This document shows, piece by piece, positions 49,669-58,167 of a DNA stretch of 64,000 nucleotides. Origin of the DNA: Nitrospirota bacterium. Lineage in GTDB: Bacteria > Nitrospirota > Nitrospiria > JACQBZ01. Below the pieces are notes generated by a model. That model did no database searches and was not told the DNA's origin. It saw nothing but the letters and a program-made list of their open reading frames with translations. Position 1 is the first letter of the stretch; the number at the start of each line of letters is the position of its first letter. Location of the stretch: assembly GCA_016194285.1 (NCBI GenBank), contig JACQBZ010000028.1, positions 25,320 to 89,319 on the forward strand, written 5' to 3'. Made by a program: the position numbers and the translations under genes.

Positions 49669-50356
49669 AAACATCATCATCGCGATCGACGGTCCGGCCG
49701 GCTCGGGCAAAAGCAGCGCCGCCCGATTGCTGGCGAAGACGCTGGGCTATCTTTATCTGGACACCGGCGCCCTCTACCGTGCGGTGGGATGGAAGGCGTT
49801 GAAGGAAGGGGTGAGCGTTCAGGATGAAGAGGTCCTCGCAAAGTTATGTTCGCGGCTGAAATTGACGGTCAGGCCCGCCGGTGACGGGATGAAGATCTAT
49901 GTGGACGGACGCGACATCACGGGCGCGATCCGAACGCCGGACGTGAGCCGGGCCGCCGCGGCCGTGGCCGTGGTGGCGGCGGTCCGCCATCGGTTGCTGG
50001 GAATCCAGCGCCGGATGGGGAAAAAAACCGGCGCGCACGGCGGCATCGTGGTGGAGGGTCGCGATATCGGAACGGTGGTGTTTCCTGAAGCAACGGTGAA
50101 GTTCTTCTTGAACGCTTCTCCGGAGGTTCGTGTGAAGCGCCGGTATCAGGAGCTCCGGCAGCAGGGAATGCCGGTCGATCTGACCGTGACCCGGCAAGAG
50201 ATCGACACACGGGACCTGAAAGACTCCAGCCGGGAGATTGCGCCGCTCAAGGTGGCGGAAGACGCGATCCGAATCGACTCGACCGGCTTGACATTGGACG
50301 GCGTGGTTTCGACGATGTTGGAAACGATACAGCAGAAAGCGGGCTTGAAACGATGA
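49652..50356 (+). CDS. cmk: Cytidylate kinase (alternative in-frame GTG start at 49457)
   Basis: IAIDGPAGSGKS, YLDTGALYRA, EGRDIGTVVFP, RDLKDSSR.IAPL. Confidence 0.95.
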   Translation: MGVFSRNIIIAIDGPAGSGKSSAARLLAKTLGYLYLDTGALYRAVGWKALKEGVSVQDEEVLAKLCSRLKLTVRPAGDGMKIYVDGRDITGAIRTPDVSRAAAAVAVVAAVRHRLLGIQRRMGKKTGAHGGIVVEGRDIGTVVFPEATVKFFLNASPEVRVKRRYQELRQQGMPVDLTVTRQEIDTRDLKDSSREIAPLKVAEDAIRIDSTGLTLDGVVSTMLETIQQKAGLKR

Positions 50357-50392
50357 GGGGCCGGTTCTATTGCGGTCCGGTTGATCGTTGAT

Positions 50393-51067
50393 ATGCTGTA
50401 CGCAATCTCCCGTGCGCTTGTGAAAATATTGGGGCGGCTCCTGTTGCGATTGCGAGTGATCGGAGCGGAGCACATCCCCAAAACCGGACCGGCTCTGATC
50501 GCCGCAAATCATGTGAGTTACCTGGATATTCCGCTTCTCGGCGTCATGATCGACCGGCCGCTTCATTTCATGGGGAAGGCCAGTCTGTTTCGCGGTCGTT
50601 GGGTCGGGTGGCTTTATCGGAAACTGAACGGTTTCCCGATTAAAAAAGGGGCCCGCTCACGGGTCGGATTGATGGAGGCCGTCCACCGGCTCAAGCAAGG
50701 CCACTGCGTGGTGATGTATCCGGAGGGTGGTCGAAGCGTCAGCGGTCGGCTCCAGCATCCGATGCCGGGGATCGGGATGATCGTGGCCATGAGCGGGGCG
50801 AAAGTGATTCCGGTCTATGTGGCCGGAACCGACAAGGTGCTCCCGGTGGGCGCCTGGATGATTCGGATCCATCCGGTGACGGTGTTGATCGGCGAACCCC
50901 TCGATTTCACGGAGCAAGTCCGGAAGGAAAACGGGAAGGAACTTTATCTTCAGATCAGCCGCACCGTGATGGAACAGATCATGAAGTTGGAGGCTCAGGC
51001 CACGGGTAAACCGGTGCAAAAGATCGATTCCGTACCGGATGCGGCCGTGAAGGGTGAAAATAATTAA
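50393..51067 (+). CDS. plsC: 1-acyl-sn-glycerol-3-phosphate acyltransferase
   Basis: NHVSYLD and YPEGGRS motifs; sits between cmk and rpsA. Confidence 0.88.
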   Translation: MLYAISRALVKILGRLLLRLRVIGAEHIPKTGPALIAANHVSYLDIPLLGVMIDRPLHFMGKASLFRGRWVGWLYRKLNGFPIKKGARSRVGLMEAVHRLKQGHCVVMYPEGGRSVSGRLQHPMPGIGMIVAMSGAKVIPVYVAGTDKVLPVGAWMIRIHPVTVLIGEPLDFTEQVRKENGKELYLQISRTVMEQIMKLEAQATGKPVQKIDSVPDAAVKGENN

Positions 51068-51174
51068 AGTAGTGACAAATCATGAAAAAGTATAGTACAA
51101 TGCGCATTCAGTTTTTCTAGGAAACAAATTATAATCCAATCGAACGGATCGAACGGAAAGGGGACACAGACAGC

Positions 51175-52830
51175 ATGACGTTTTCGGAAGACGCACCGAT
51201 CACCAACACGGCAGGGGCGCCCAATGAAGAGCTCCCGATGAATATGCACGCCCTCTATGAGGAGTCGTTCAAGAATTTAAAGGAAGGAGGGGTCGTCGAG
51301 GGGACGGTGGTTGCCATCCAACAGGCCGGCGTGGTGGTGGATATCGGTTACAAATCCGAGGGACTGATCCCCGCCAGTGAGTTCAGCTCGACCGAGATCG
51401 CGGCCCTGAAGGTCGGGGAACAGATCCAGGTTTATCTGGAGGAGCGTGAGGACAACGAGGGGAACCTCATTCTTTCCAAGGAGAAGGCGGCCAAGATGAA
51501 GGTCTGGGAAGTCTTGGAGAAGTCCTTCGAAAAAGAAGAGGTCGTCGAGGGCAAGATGGTCTCAAAAGTCAAGGGCGGGATGATGGTGGATATCGGGGTC
51601 AAGGCCTTCCTGCCGGGTTCGCAGATCGACCTTCATCCGGTCCGGGACCTAGATTCCCTGATCGGCAAAACCTTTCCGATGAAGATTATCAAGATGAACC
51701 ACCGCCGGGGCAACATCGTTGTGTCCCGTCGCGTGCTGTTGGAGGAGTCCCGAGACAAGAAACGCCGAGCCGCCATGGCGACGCTGGAAGACGGGCAGCT
51801 CATCGATGGGATGGTCAAGAACATTACGGAGTACGGGGCTTTTATTGATCTGGGCGGGATCGACGGTCTGCTCCATATCACGGACATGTCCTGGGGGCGC
51901 GTGAACCATCCCTCCGAGATTTTGTCGGTGGGCGACCGGATCGGTGTGGTCGTCCTTAAATATGACAAAGAAACCGGCCGCGTTTCTCTGGGACTCAAGC
52001 AAAAGACGCCGGATCCCTGGGGACGGGTGGAGGAGAAATACCCCGTCGGGACTCGGGTCAAAGGGAAAATCGTGAGCATCACGGATTACGGAGCCTTTGT
52101 GGAGCTTGAGGCCGGCATCGAGGGCCTGGTTCATATCTCGGAGATGTCCTGGAGTCACGAGGTCCGCCATCCTTCCAAACTGGTTTCGGTCGGGGACCAT
52201 GTGGAGGTGGTTGTCCTGATGGTGGACCGGGAGAACCGCAAGATCTCGCTGGGCATGAAGCAGGTGACGCCGAATCCGTGGAGCGCGGTCGAGGGCAAAT
52301 ATCCGGTCGGGAGCCGGATCACCGGCAAGATCAAGGGACTGACCGACTTCGGCGCGTTTGTGGGACTGGAGGAAGGGATCGACGGGCTGATCCATATTTC
52401 GGACATGTCCTGGACCAAACGTCTTACCCATCCCTCCGAGTTGTTCAAAAAAGGTCAGCCGGTCGAGGCGGTGGTTCTCAAAGTGGACAAAGAAAAAGAG
52501 CGCCTGTCGCTCGGCTACAAGCAGCTTCAATCCGACCCGTGGGAGACCGGTATCGCCGAGAAATACCATGTCGGCGATGTGGTGAAGTGCCGGATCGTCA
52601 AGGTGACGGATTTTGGCGTCTTCGTCGAGCTGGAGGACGGAGTCGAAGGGCTGATCCATGTCAGTGAAACGGGCATCGAACCGTCTTCCCGAATCAGCGA
52701 TGCCATGCAGGTCAATGATGTCATTCGAGCCCAGATCATCAAGATGGACCTTACGGAACGCAAGATTGCTTTGAGCATCAAGGCCTATAAGAGCGAGCAG
52801 GAACGCGCCCAGAAAAAGGATAAGAAGTAA
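51175..52830 (+). CDS. rpsA: 30S ribosomal protein S1
   Basis: Six S1 repeats (DIGYKSEG, AFLPGSQID, YGAFIDLGGIDGLLHITDMSW etc.). Confidence 0.97.
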   Translation: MTFSEDAPITNTAGAPNEELPMNMHALYEESFKNLKEGGVVEGTVVAIQQAGVVVDIGYKSEGLIPASEFSSTEIAALKVGEQIQVYLEEREDNEGNLILSKEKAAKMKVWEVLEKSFEKEEVVEGKMVSKVKGGMMVDIGVKAFLPGSQIDLHPVRDLDSLIGKTFPMKIIKMNHRRGNIVVSRRVLLEESRDKKRRAAMATLEDGQLIDGMVKNITEYGAFIDLGGIDGLLHITDMSWGRVNHPSEILSVGDRIGVVVLKYDKETGRVSLGLKQKTPDPWGRVEEKYPVGTRVKGKIVSITDYGAFVELEAGIEGLVHISEMSWSHEVRHPSKLVSVGDHVEVVVLMVDRENRKISLGMKQVTPNPWSAVEGKYPVGSRITGKIKGLTDFGAFVGLEEGIDGLIHISDMSWTKRLTHPSELFKKGQPVEAVVLKVDKEKERLSLGYKQLQSDPWETGIAEKYHVGDVVKCRIVKVTDFGVFVELEDGVEGLIHVSETGIEPSSRISDAMQVNDVIRAQIIKMDLTERKIALSIKAYKSEQERAQKKDKK

Positions 52831-52844
52831 AAACGGTGCAGGTG

Positions 52845-53726
52845 ATGAAAAGGCATCCGTTGATCGTCGGCTTGGTTCTGTTGGCCGTCCTGGCCGTCCT
52901 TTTCTTTTTTGTGACCTATTCCGCCACCCTCATGCAGGCCGGCGGCGGCTTCCTTGAAGACCGGATCGCCCTGGTCAAAATCGAGGGCGTCATCCTCGAT
53001 TCTTCCGACACGATCGAAGAACTCCGTCGATACCATAACAGCTCCGGGATCAAGGCCATCATCCTCCGGATCAACAGCCCCGGCGGCGGGGTCGTTCCCT
53101 CGCAGGAAATCTACGAAGAAGTGAAAAAAATCCGCGAGGAAGGCCAAAAGAAAGTGGTGGTTTCGATGGGGACGGTCGCGGCTTCCGGGGGGTATTACAT
53201 CGCCAGCGCCTCGAACCGAATCGTGGCCAATCCGGGCACGCTGACGGGGAGCATCGGCGTGATCATGGAGTTGGCCAATGTGGAGGGGTTGTTTAAGAAG
53301 ATCGGCGTGGAGAGCGTCGTGATCAAGAGCGGGCGGAACAAGGACATCGGCTCTCCCTTCCGCAAGATGAAGCCGGAGGAGCGGGCGATTCTGCAACGCT
53401 TGATGGACGATGTCCATGACCAGTTTATCCAGGCGGTGGCCGAGGGACGGGGGTTGGCGGAAGATCGGGTTCGCGAGATGGCGGACGGAAGCGTCTTCAC
53501 CGGACGGCAGGCCAAAGAGCTCGGGCTGGTGGATGACATTGGAGATCTTCAGGATACCATCCGCGTCACGGCCGATCTGGTCGGAATCAAAGGGGAGCCC
53601 CGGATCGTGGAGTCCCGAAAACGGGTCTCGATATTGGATCTGTTCCGGGACCAGTTCCTGGGCCGGTTGCCCAGCATGCAACTGCCCCAGGCCGGCGTTT
53701 CAATGAAATATCTTCTGGTGTTTTAA
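52845..53726 (+). CDS. sppA: Signal peptide peptidase SppA (36K type)
   Basis: RINSPGG, AASGGYYIA, TGSIGV, KSGRNKD, FTGRQA. Confidence 0.93.
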   Translation: MKRHPLIVGLVLLAVLAVLFFFVTYSATLMQAGGGFLEDRIALVKIEGVILDSSDTIEELRRYHNSSGIKAIILRINSPGGGVVPSQEIYEEVKKIREEGQKKVVVSMGTVAASGGYYIASASNRIVANPGTLTGSIGVIMELANVEGLFKKIGVESVVIKSGRNKDIGSPFRKMKPEERAILQRLMDDVHDQFIQAVAEGRGLAEDRVREMADGSVFTGRQAKELGLVDDIGDLQDTIRVTADLVGIKGEPRIVESRKRVSILDLFRDQFLGRLPSMQLPQAGVSMKYLLVF

Positions 53727-53765
53727 ATTGATCCTTGTCCAAGTTTATTCACGAGGAGAGCAGAG

Positions 53766-54044
53766 ATGACCAAAGCTCAGTTGATCGAAACGATGTCCCA
53801 GAAAGTGACCCACCTCACGAAACGTCAGACCGAGATGATCGTCAACACGATCTTCAACAGCATACGGCAGTCGCTGGCCAACGGGGACAAGATCGAGATC
53901 CGCGGCTTCGGGAGCTTTAAGCTCCGCCAACGGCGCATGCGGGAAGGCCGGAATCCCAAGACCGGCACCCAGGTCCATGTCCCGGCCAAGCGCGTGCCGT
54001 TCTTCAAGGCCGGAAAAGAACTGAAAGAGATTGTAAATAGTTAA
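53766..54044 (+). CDS. ihfB: Integration host factor subunit beta
   Basis: MTKAQLI, IEIRGFGSF, GRNPKTG, VPFFKAGKEL; follows rpsA-sppA. Confidence 0.88.
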   Translation: MTKAQLIETMSQKVTHLTKRQTEMIVNTIFNSIRQSLANGDKIEIRGFGSFKLRQRRMREGRNPKTGTQVHVPAKRVPFFKAGKELKEIVNS

Positions 54045-54619
54045 TCAAACCGGCAGGAAAGCGAGAGCGCTTTTTCAAGCCGATGGATGTATTCCCGACG
54101 GGAGATTTCGACCGCGCCGAAGCGCTTCAAGTGCGTCGTCGTGAACTGGACGTCGAACAACCGATAGCCCCGCTCCTTCAATCGGTTCAGGAGAAACACC
54201 AGGCAGACTTTTGAAGCATCGCGCACAATCGTAAACATCGATTCGCCCATGAACGCCCCGCCCAGGCTCACGCCATAAATCCCGCCCGCCAGTTTCCCTT
54301 CGTGATAGGCTTCGACCGAGTGGGCTTTGCCCAGACGATGCATCGCCGTGTAGGCGGCCATGATCTCCCCGCTGATCCAGGTCTCCTCTCGATTCGCACA
54401 GCCTCGTATGACCCCGTCAAAATCGCGGTTGACGGTGATTTCAAACTTCGGCCGACGGATCGTCCGGCCCAAACGCCGAGGGATGTGGGACCGTTCCAGA
54501 TCGATGATCGTCCGCGGATCGGGCGAGTACCAATGAATCCGTCCATCCTCATCCGCCATCGGAAAGATACCTCGGCGGTAGGCTTCTTCAAGCAGTTCGG
54601 GCGGGATGGCCTGGGACAT
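54041..54619 (-). CDS. aat: Leucyl/phenylalanyl-tRNA--protein transferase
   Basis: AYRRGIFPM, WYSPDPR, TWIS, AHSVE, GESMF, DASKV. Confidence 0.94.
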   Translation of the reverse strand: MSQAIPPELLEEAYRRGIFPMADEDGRIHWYSPDPRTIIDLERSHIPRRLGRTIRRPKFEITVNRDFDGVIRGCANREETWISGEIMAAYTAMHRLGKAHSVEAYHEGKLAGGIYGVSLGGAFMGESMFTIVRDASKVCLVFLLNRLKERGYRLFDVQFTTTHLKRFGAVEISRREYIHRLEKALSLSCRFD

Positions 54620-54622
54620 GAA

Positions 54623-56008
54623 TCACGCCGCCTTCAGCGCGCCGATCAGATCGAGAATCGCCTTCTTCCCGTCGGCGAAGTACATCAACGTGTTGTCGGC
54701 GGCGAACAGGGGATTGGGAATCCCGGCGAAACCGGGACTCAAGCTGCGCTTGATCACGACCACCGTCCTGGCCTTATCCACATTCAGGATCGGCATGCCG
54801 GCGATCGGACTCGACGGATCGGTCCGCGCCACCGGGTTGACCACGTCATTGGCGCCGATCACCAGCGCGACGTCGGTCTGCTCGAACGCGGGGTTGATCT
54901 CGTCCATCTCTTTGAGTTTATCGTAGGGGATGTCGGCCTCGGCCAGCAGCACGTTCATATGGCCAGGCATCCGTCCGGCGACGGGATGAATCGCGAACGC
55001 CACCTCCGCGCCGCGACTTTCCAGCAAAATGGCGAGGTCGCGGACGGCATGCTGGGCCTGGGAGACGGCCATCCCGTATCCGGGAACGATCACAACGCGA
55101 CGGGCCGTGTCCAGCAACGAGGCGATCTCTTCGGCCGTGGCCGCTTTCACCTTTCCTCCGTAAACCTGGTCGGCCGTCGGGCCGACGGCCGGCGCGATAC
55201 CCATCCCGCCGAACAGAACGTTGGCGAGCGACCGGTTCATCGCCTTGCACATTAAAATAGACAGCACGAAACCGGAGGCCCCGTCCAGCGTGCCGGCGAT
55301 GATGAGAATGGTGTTCGAGATCACAAATCCGGTGGCCGCGGCCGCCAAACCGGCATAGGAATTCAGCAGAGAAATGACCACCGGCATGTCCGCCGCGCCG
55401 ATCGGCAGGACCAAGAGGATTCCGAATACGAGGCCCAGACCCACCAAGAGATAGAACAGAGGGCCCGCGGCCGGGACGGCGATGAGGTAGAACCAGATCC
55501 CCAACAGGAAGGCGAAGAGCGCGACGTTCGAGGTGTTTTGACCCCGGTAGGTGATCAGCGACCCGGTGATCAGTTCCTGGAGCTTGGAAAACGCCATCAG
55601 GCTTCCGGTGACCGTCAGGGCTCCCATCATGACTTCAAAACCGATCGCGGTCATCTTGATCGGGCCGAGTTCCGATCCGTGCCGATGGTACTCGGATATT
55701 CCGACGAGGGTCACAGCCAGGGCCCCAAAGGCATGGGACAGGGCGGTTCGCTGCGGCATGGCGGTCATCGGCGTCCAGAGCGCGATTCCGACCCCGATCA
55801 TGGACCCGATCACCATTCCGGTGATGATCCATTGATAGCGGATGATCTCGTGATGGAAAAGCGTCCCCACAATCGCCAGGGCCATCCCGATCTCGGCCAG
55901 GAACATCCCGCGTCGGGCGGTCCTCGCGGAGTTCAGATCTTTAAGCCCCAGGATGAACAGGATCGAAGCGACCAGATAGGCCCATTGGATGAAGGCGCTT
56001 GCGGTCAT
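54623..56008 (-). CDS. pntB: NAD(P) transhydrogenase subunit beta
   Basis: MTAMPQ, IGAADMPVVISLLNSY, VPGYGMAV, HPVAGRMPGHMNVLLAEA, GANDVVNP. Confidence 0.96.
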   Translation of the reverse strand: MTASAFIQWAYLVASILFILGLKDLNSARTARRGMFLAEIGMALAIVGTLFHHEIIRYQWIITGMVIGSMIGVGIALWTPMTAMPQRTALSHAFGALAVTLVGISEYHRHGSELGPIKMTAIGFEVMMGALTVTGSLMAFSKLQELITGSLITYRGQNTSNVALFAFLLGIWFYLIAVPAAGPLFYLLVGLGLVFGILLVLPIGAADMPVVISLLNSYAGLAAAATGFVISNTILIIAGTLDGASGFVLSILMCKAMNRSLANVLFGGMGIAPAVGPTADQVYGGKVKAATAEEIASLLDTARRVVIVPGYGMAVSQAQHAVRDLAILLESRGAEVAFAIHPVAGRMPGHMNVLLAEADIPYDKLKEMDEINPAFEQTDVALVIGANDVVNPVARTDPSSPIAGMPILNVDKARTVVVIKRSLSPGFAGIPNPLFAADNTLMYFADGKKAILDLIGALKAA

Positions 56009-56295
56009 CGCCGGTTTTTATCCTTCTTGAACATCTTCAGTATCCGGTCGGTGATGAGGAACCCTCCCACGACATTCGTCATGGCCGAGACCACCGCGAT
56101 GAATCCCAGGATGGTACTCACGGTGCCATAGTCGGACCCTGCGGTGACCAGCGCGCCCACCACCGAGATCGCGGAGATGGCATTGGTGGCGGACATGAGC
56201 GGCGTGTGGAGCAGCGGCGGGACCCGTGAGATCACCTGATAGCCCACAAAGGCGGCCAGCACGAAGATCGTGAGTAATGCGATCGAAATATCCAT
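56005..56295 (-). CDS. pntA: NAD(P) transhydrogenase subunit alpha part 2
   Basis: VPPLLHTPLMSATNAIS, NVVGGFLITDRILKMF. Confidence 0.93.
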   Translation of the reverse strand: MDISIALLTIFVLAAFVGYQVISRVPPLLHTPLMSATNAISAISVVGALVTAGSDYGTVSTILGFIAVVSAMTNVVGGFLITDRILKMFKKDKNRR

Positions 56296-56310
56296 CAGCG
56301 TTCCTTTCTA

Positions 56311-56376
56311 TTTTTAGGGGCTAGCGTCGCCCCCTCCACCGGCAGAGCCGGATGGAGCCTCCCCCTCTCGCTCGCT
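56311..56376 (-). repeat. Repeat copy C (inside pntA 3' end)
   Basis: Reverse complement reads AGCGAGCGAGAGGGGGAGGCTCCATCCGGCTCTGCCGGTGGAGGGGGCGACGCTAGCCCCTAAAAA. Confidence 0.9.
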
Positions 56377-57564
56377 TCCGCTCGCTGGGTGACCACCGCC
56401 GGCCAATGCGGCCGTCGGTCCCAAAAGCTCCCGAACCCGTGAGTGCACCACCTCCCCGTTCCGGGCCACGAGCGTTTCGCGGATGATGGCGTCCTGTGCG
56501 TCAAGACGAAGCTGGCCTTCCTTCACGATGTGGGTCAGAAACGCCGAGATATTTTTGGCGTACAGCTGGCTGGCGTGATAGGGAACCGTTGCGGCGAGGC
56601 GGACCGGTCCGATAATCGTCACGCGGTGGGCCGTAACGGTCCGGCCGGGCTGCGTCAATTCGCAATTGCCCCCGTTCTCGGCGGCCAGATCGATGATCAC
56701 CGAGCCGGGGGCCATGCCGGATACCATCGCCCCGGTTAGCAGCACCGGCGATCGTTTGCCGGGAATCGCCGCGGTGCAAATGACCACATCGCTTCCGGCC
56801 ACGACGCGGGCCATGGTCTCGCGCTGCCGACGGTAAAACGATTCATCCATAGCCTTGGCATAACCGCCTTCGGACTCCGTGCCGGAAGTGTCCAGGGACA
56901 GCTCCACGAACTTCGCCCCCACGCTCTGAACCTGCTCTTTGACGGCGGGGCGAACATCGTACGCCTGCACGACCGCACCCAGCCGGCGCGCGGTCGCGAT
57001 CGCCTGCAGCCCCGCCACCCCGGCGCCGATCACGAAGGCGCGGGCCGGGTTGACGGTTCCGGCGGCCGTCATCAACATCGGAAACATTCGGGGCAGCGCC
57101 TCGGCCGCGAGCAGCACCGCTTTGTATCCGGCGATGGTCGCCATCGAACTCAAGACGTCCATGCTCTGCGCCCGGGTGATTCGGGGCAGGAGTTCCAGGG
57201 CGAACACGACGGCGCGCCGTTCGGCCAGATCTTTTACGGCCTTGGGAGAGGAAAGCGGATCCTGCAATCCAATAAGGATCTGGTCGGGGCGTACGTGGTT
57301 GAGGTCGGCGCGGCCGGCCTCCGGGTTGGCTCCGAGGCCGAGGACTTGGAGAATGATATCGGCCGAGCGGAATAAGTCGGTGCGTCCCGCGATGATCTGT
57401 GCACCTTTTTCTTGGTAGGCCACGTCCAAAAAGCCGGCCGCCTCGCCGGCCCCGACCTCAATCGAGATTTGGAGCCCGGCTTTGATGAGGGCGGCCGCGA
57501 CGGCGGGAACAAGGGCGACACGCCGCTCGCCCGGAAAGGTTTCTTTGGGGACTCCGATGATCAT
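56314..57564 (-). CDS. pntA: NAD(P) transhydrogenase subunit alpha part 1 with repeat-derived C-terminal tail
   Basis: MIIGVPKE..GERRVA, RITRAQSMDVLSS, GAGVAGLQA, GGYAK, GGNCE. Confidence 0.95.
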   Translation of the reverse strand: MIIGVPKETFPGERRVALVPAVAAALIKAGLQISIEVGAGEAAGFLDVAYQEKGAQIIAGRTDLFRSADIILQVLGLGANPEAGRADLNHVRPDQILIGLQDPLSSPKAVKDLAERRAVVFALELLPRITRAQSMDVLSSMATIAGYKAVLLAAEALPRMFPMLMTAAGTVNPARAFVIGAGVAGLQAIATARRLGAVVQAYDVRPAVKEQVQSVGAKFVELSLDTSGTESEGGYAKAMDESFYRRQRETMARVVAGSDVVICTAAIPGKRSPVLLTGAMVSGMAPGSVIIDLAAENGGNCELTQPGRTVTAHRVTIIGPVRLAATVPYHASQLYAKNISAFLTHIVKEGQLRLDAQDAIIRETLVARNGEVVHSRVRELLGPTAALAGGGHPASGSEREGEAPSGSAGGGGDASP

Positions 57565-57912
57565 CGAGGAGTTACTATACCAGTGCTGTGTCGCAGAGGT
57601 CAAACCTCTGAAAAGGCCCCGGACCTCCGTCCTGAACGGAATCTTGAATGGTCCTTTAAGACCCCGGGGGGAGAGATCGGAACGGGTCAAAGAAATAATT
57701 GCCTTGACATTCTATAAATCTTTGTTTTATATTACATTATCCTGCCACCATGCACAACGTTGTATTACGTTGCGGCTTCATCTGTATTAGTATGTGTTTG
57801 TACAGCGTGGAGATGGGGAAATGGCACGGTTTTCTCTTCTCGAATCTTCCTGTTCATCGATGGATTCTTGTCCTACCGGCCGCCCCCTCTTATGCTATCG
57901 GCGGGTGAATCG

Positions 57913-58161
57913 ATGACCCTTCCAGATCACCCTCGTCTCATATCTTCGCTCAAACGCTTTTCAAAATTCGCAAGTGGCATCGTCATTTTTATCGGCGGCC
58001 TTGCGCTCGTCGGCTGGATGTTCGATATCGAAGTTCTTACAAGCGGTCTTCCCGGTTTGGTGGCCATGAACCCTGCCACGGCGCTCGCCTTTATTCTGTC
58101 CGGCGTGTCGTTGGGACTGTACTGGCTCGTGCTGAACGAAGTTCCGCCGCAGGAAAGGTAG
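57913..58161 (+). pseudogene. Chimeric remnant: sensor-kinase membrane N-terminus fused to a response-regulator C-terminus
   Basis: LVGWMFDI..L...PG.VAMNPATALAFILSG (sensor TM) followed by LGLYWLVLNEVPP, which resembles IGHYWLMINRPAP at the end of the RR at 61329. Confidence 0.6.
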
Positions 58162-58167
58162 ACGGCC

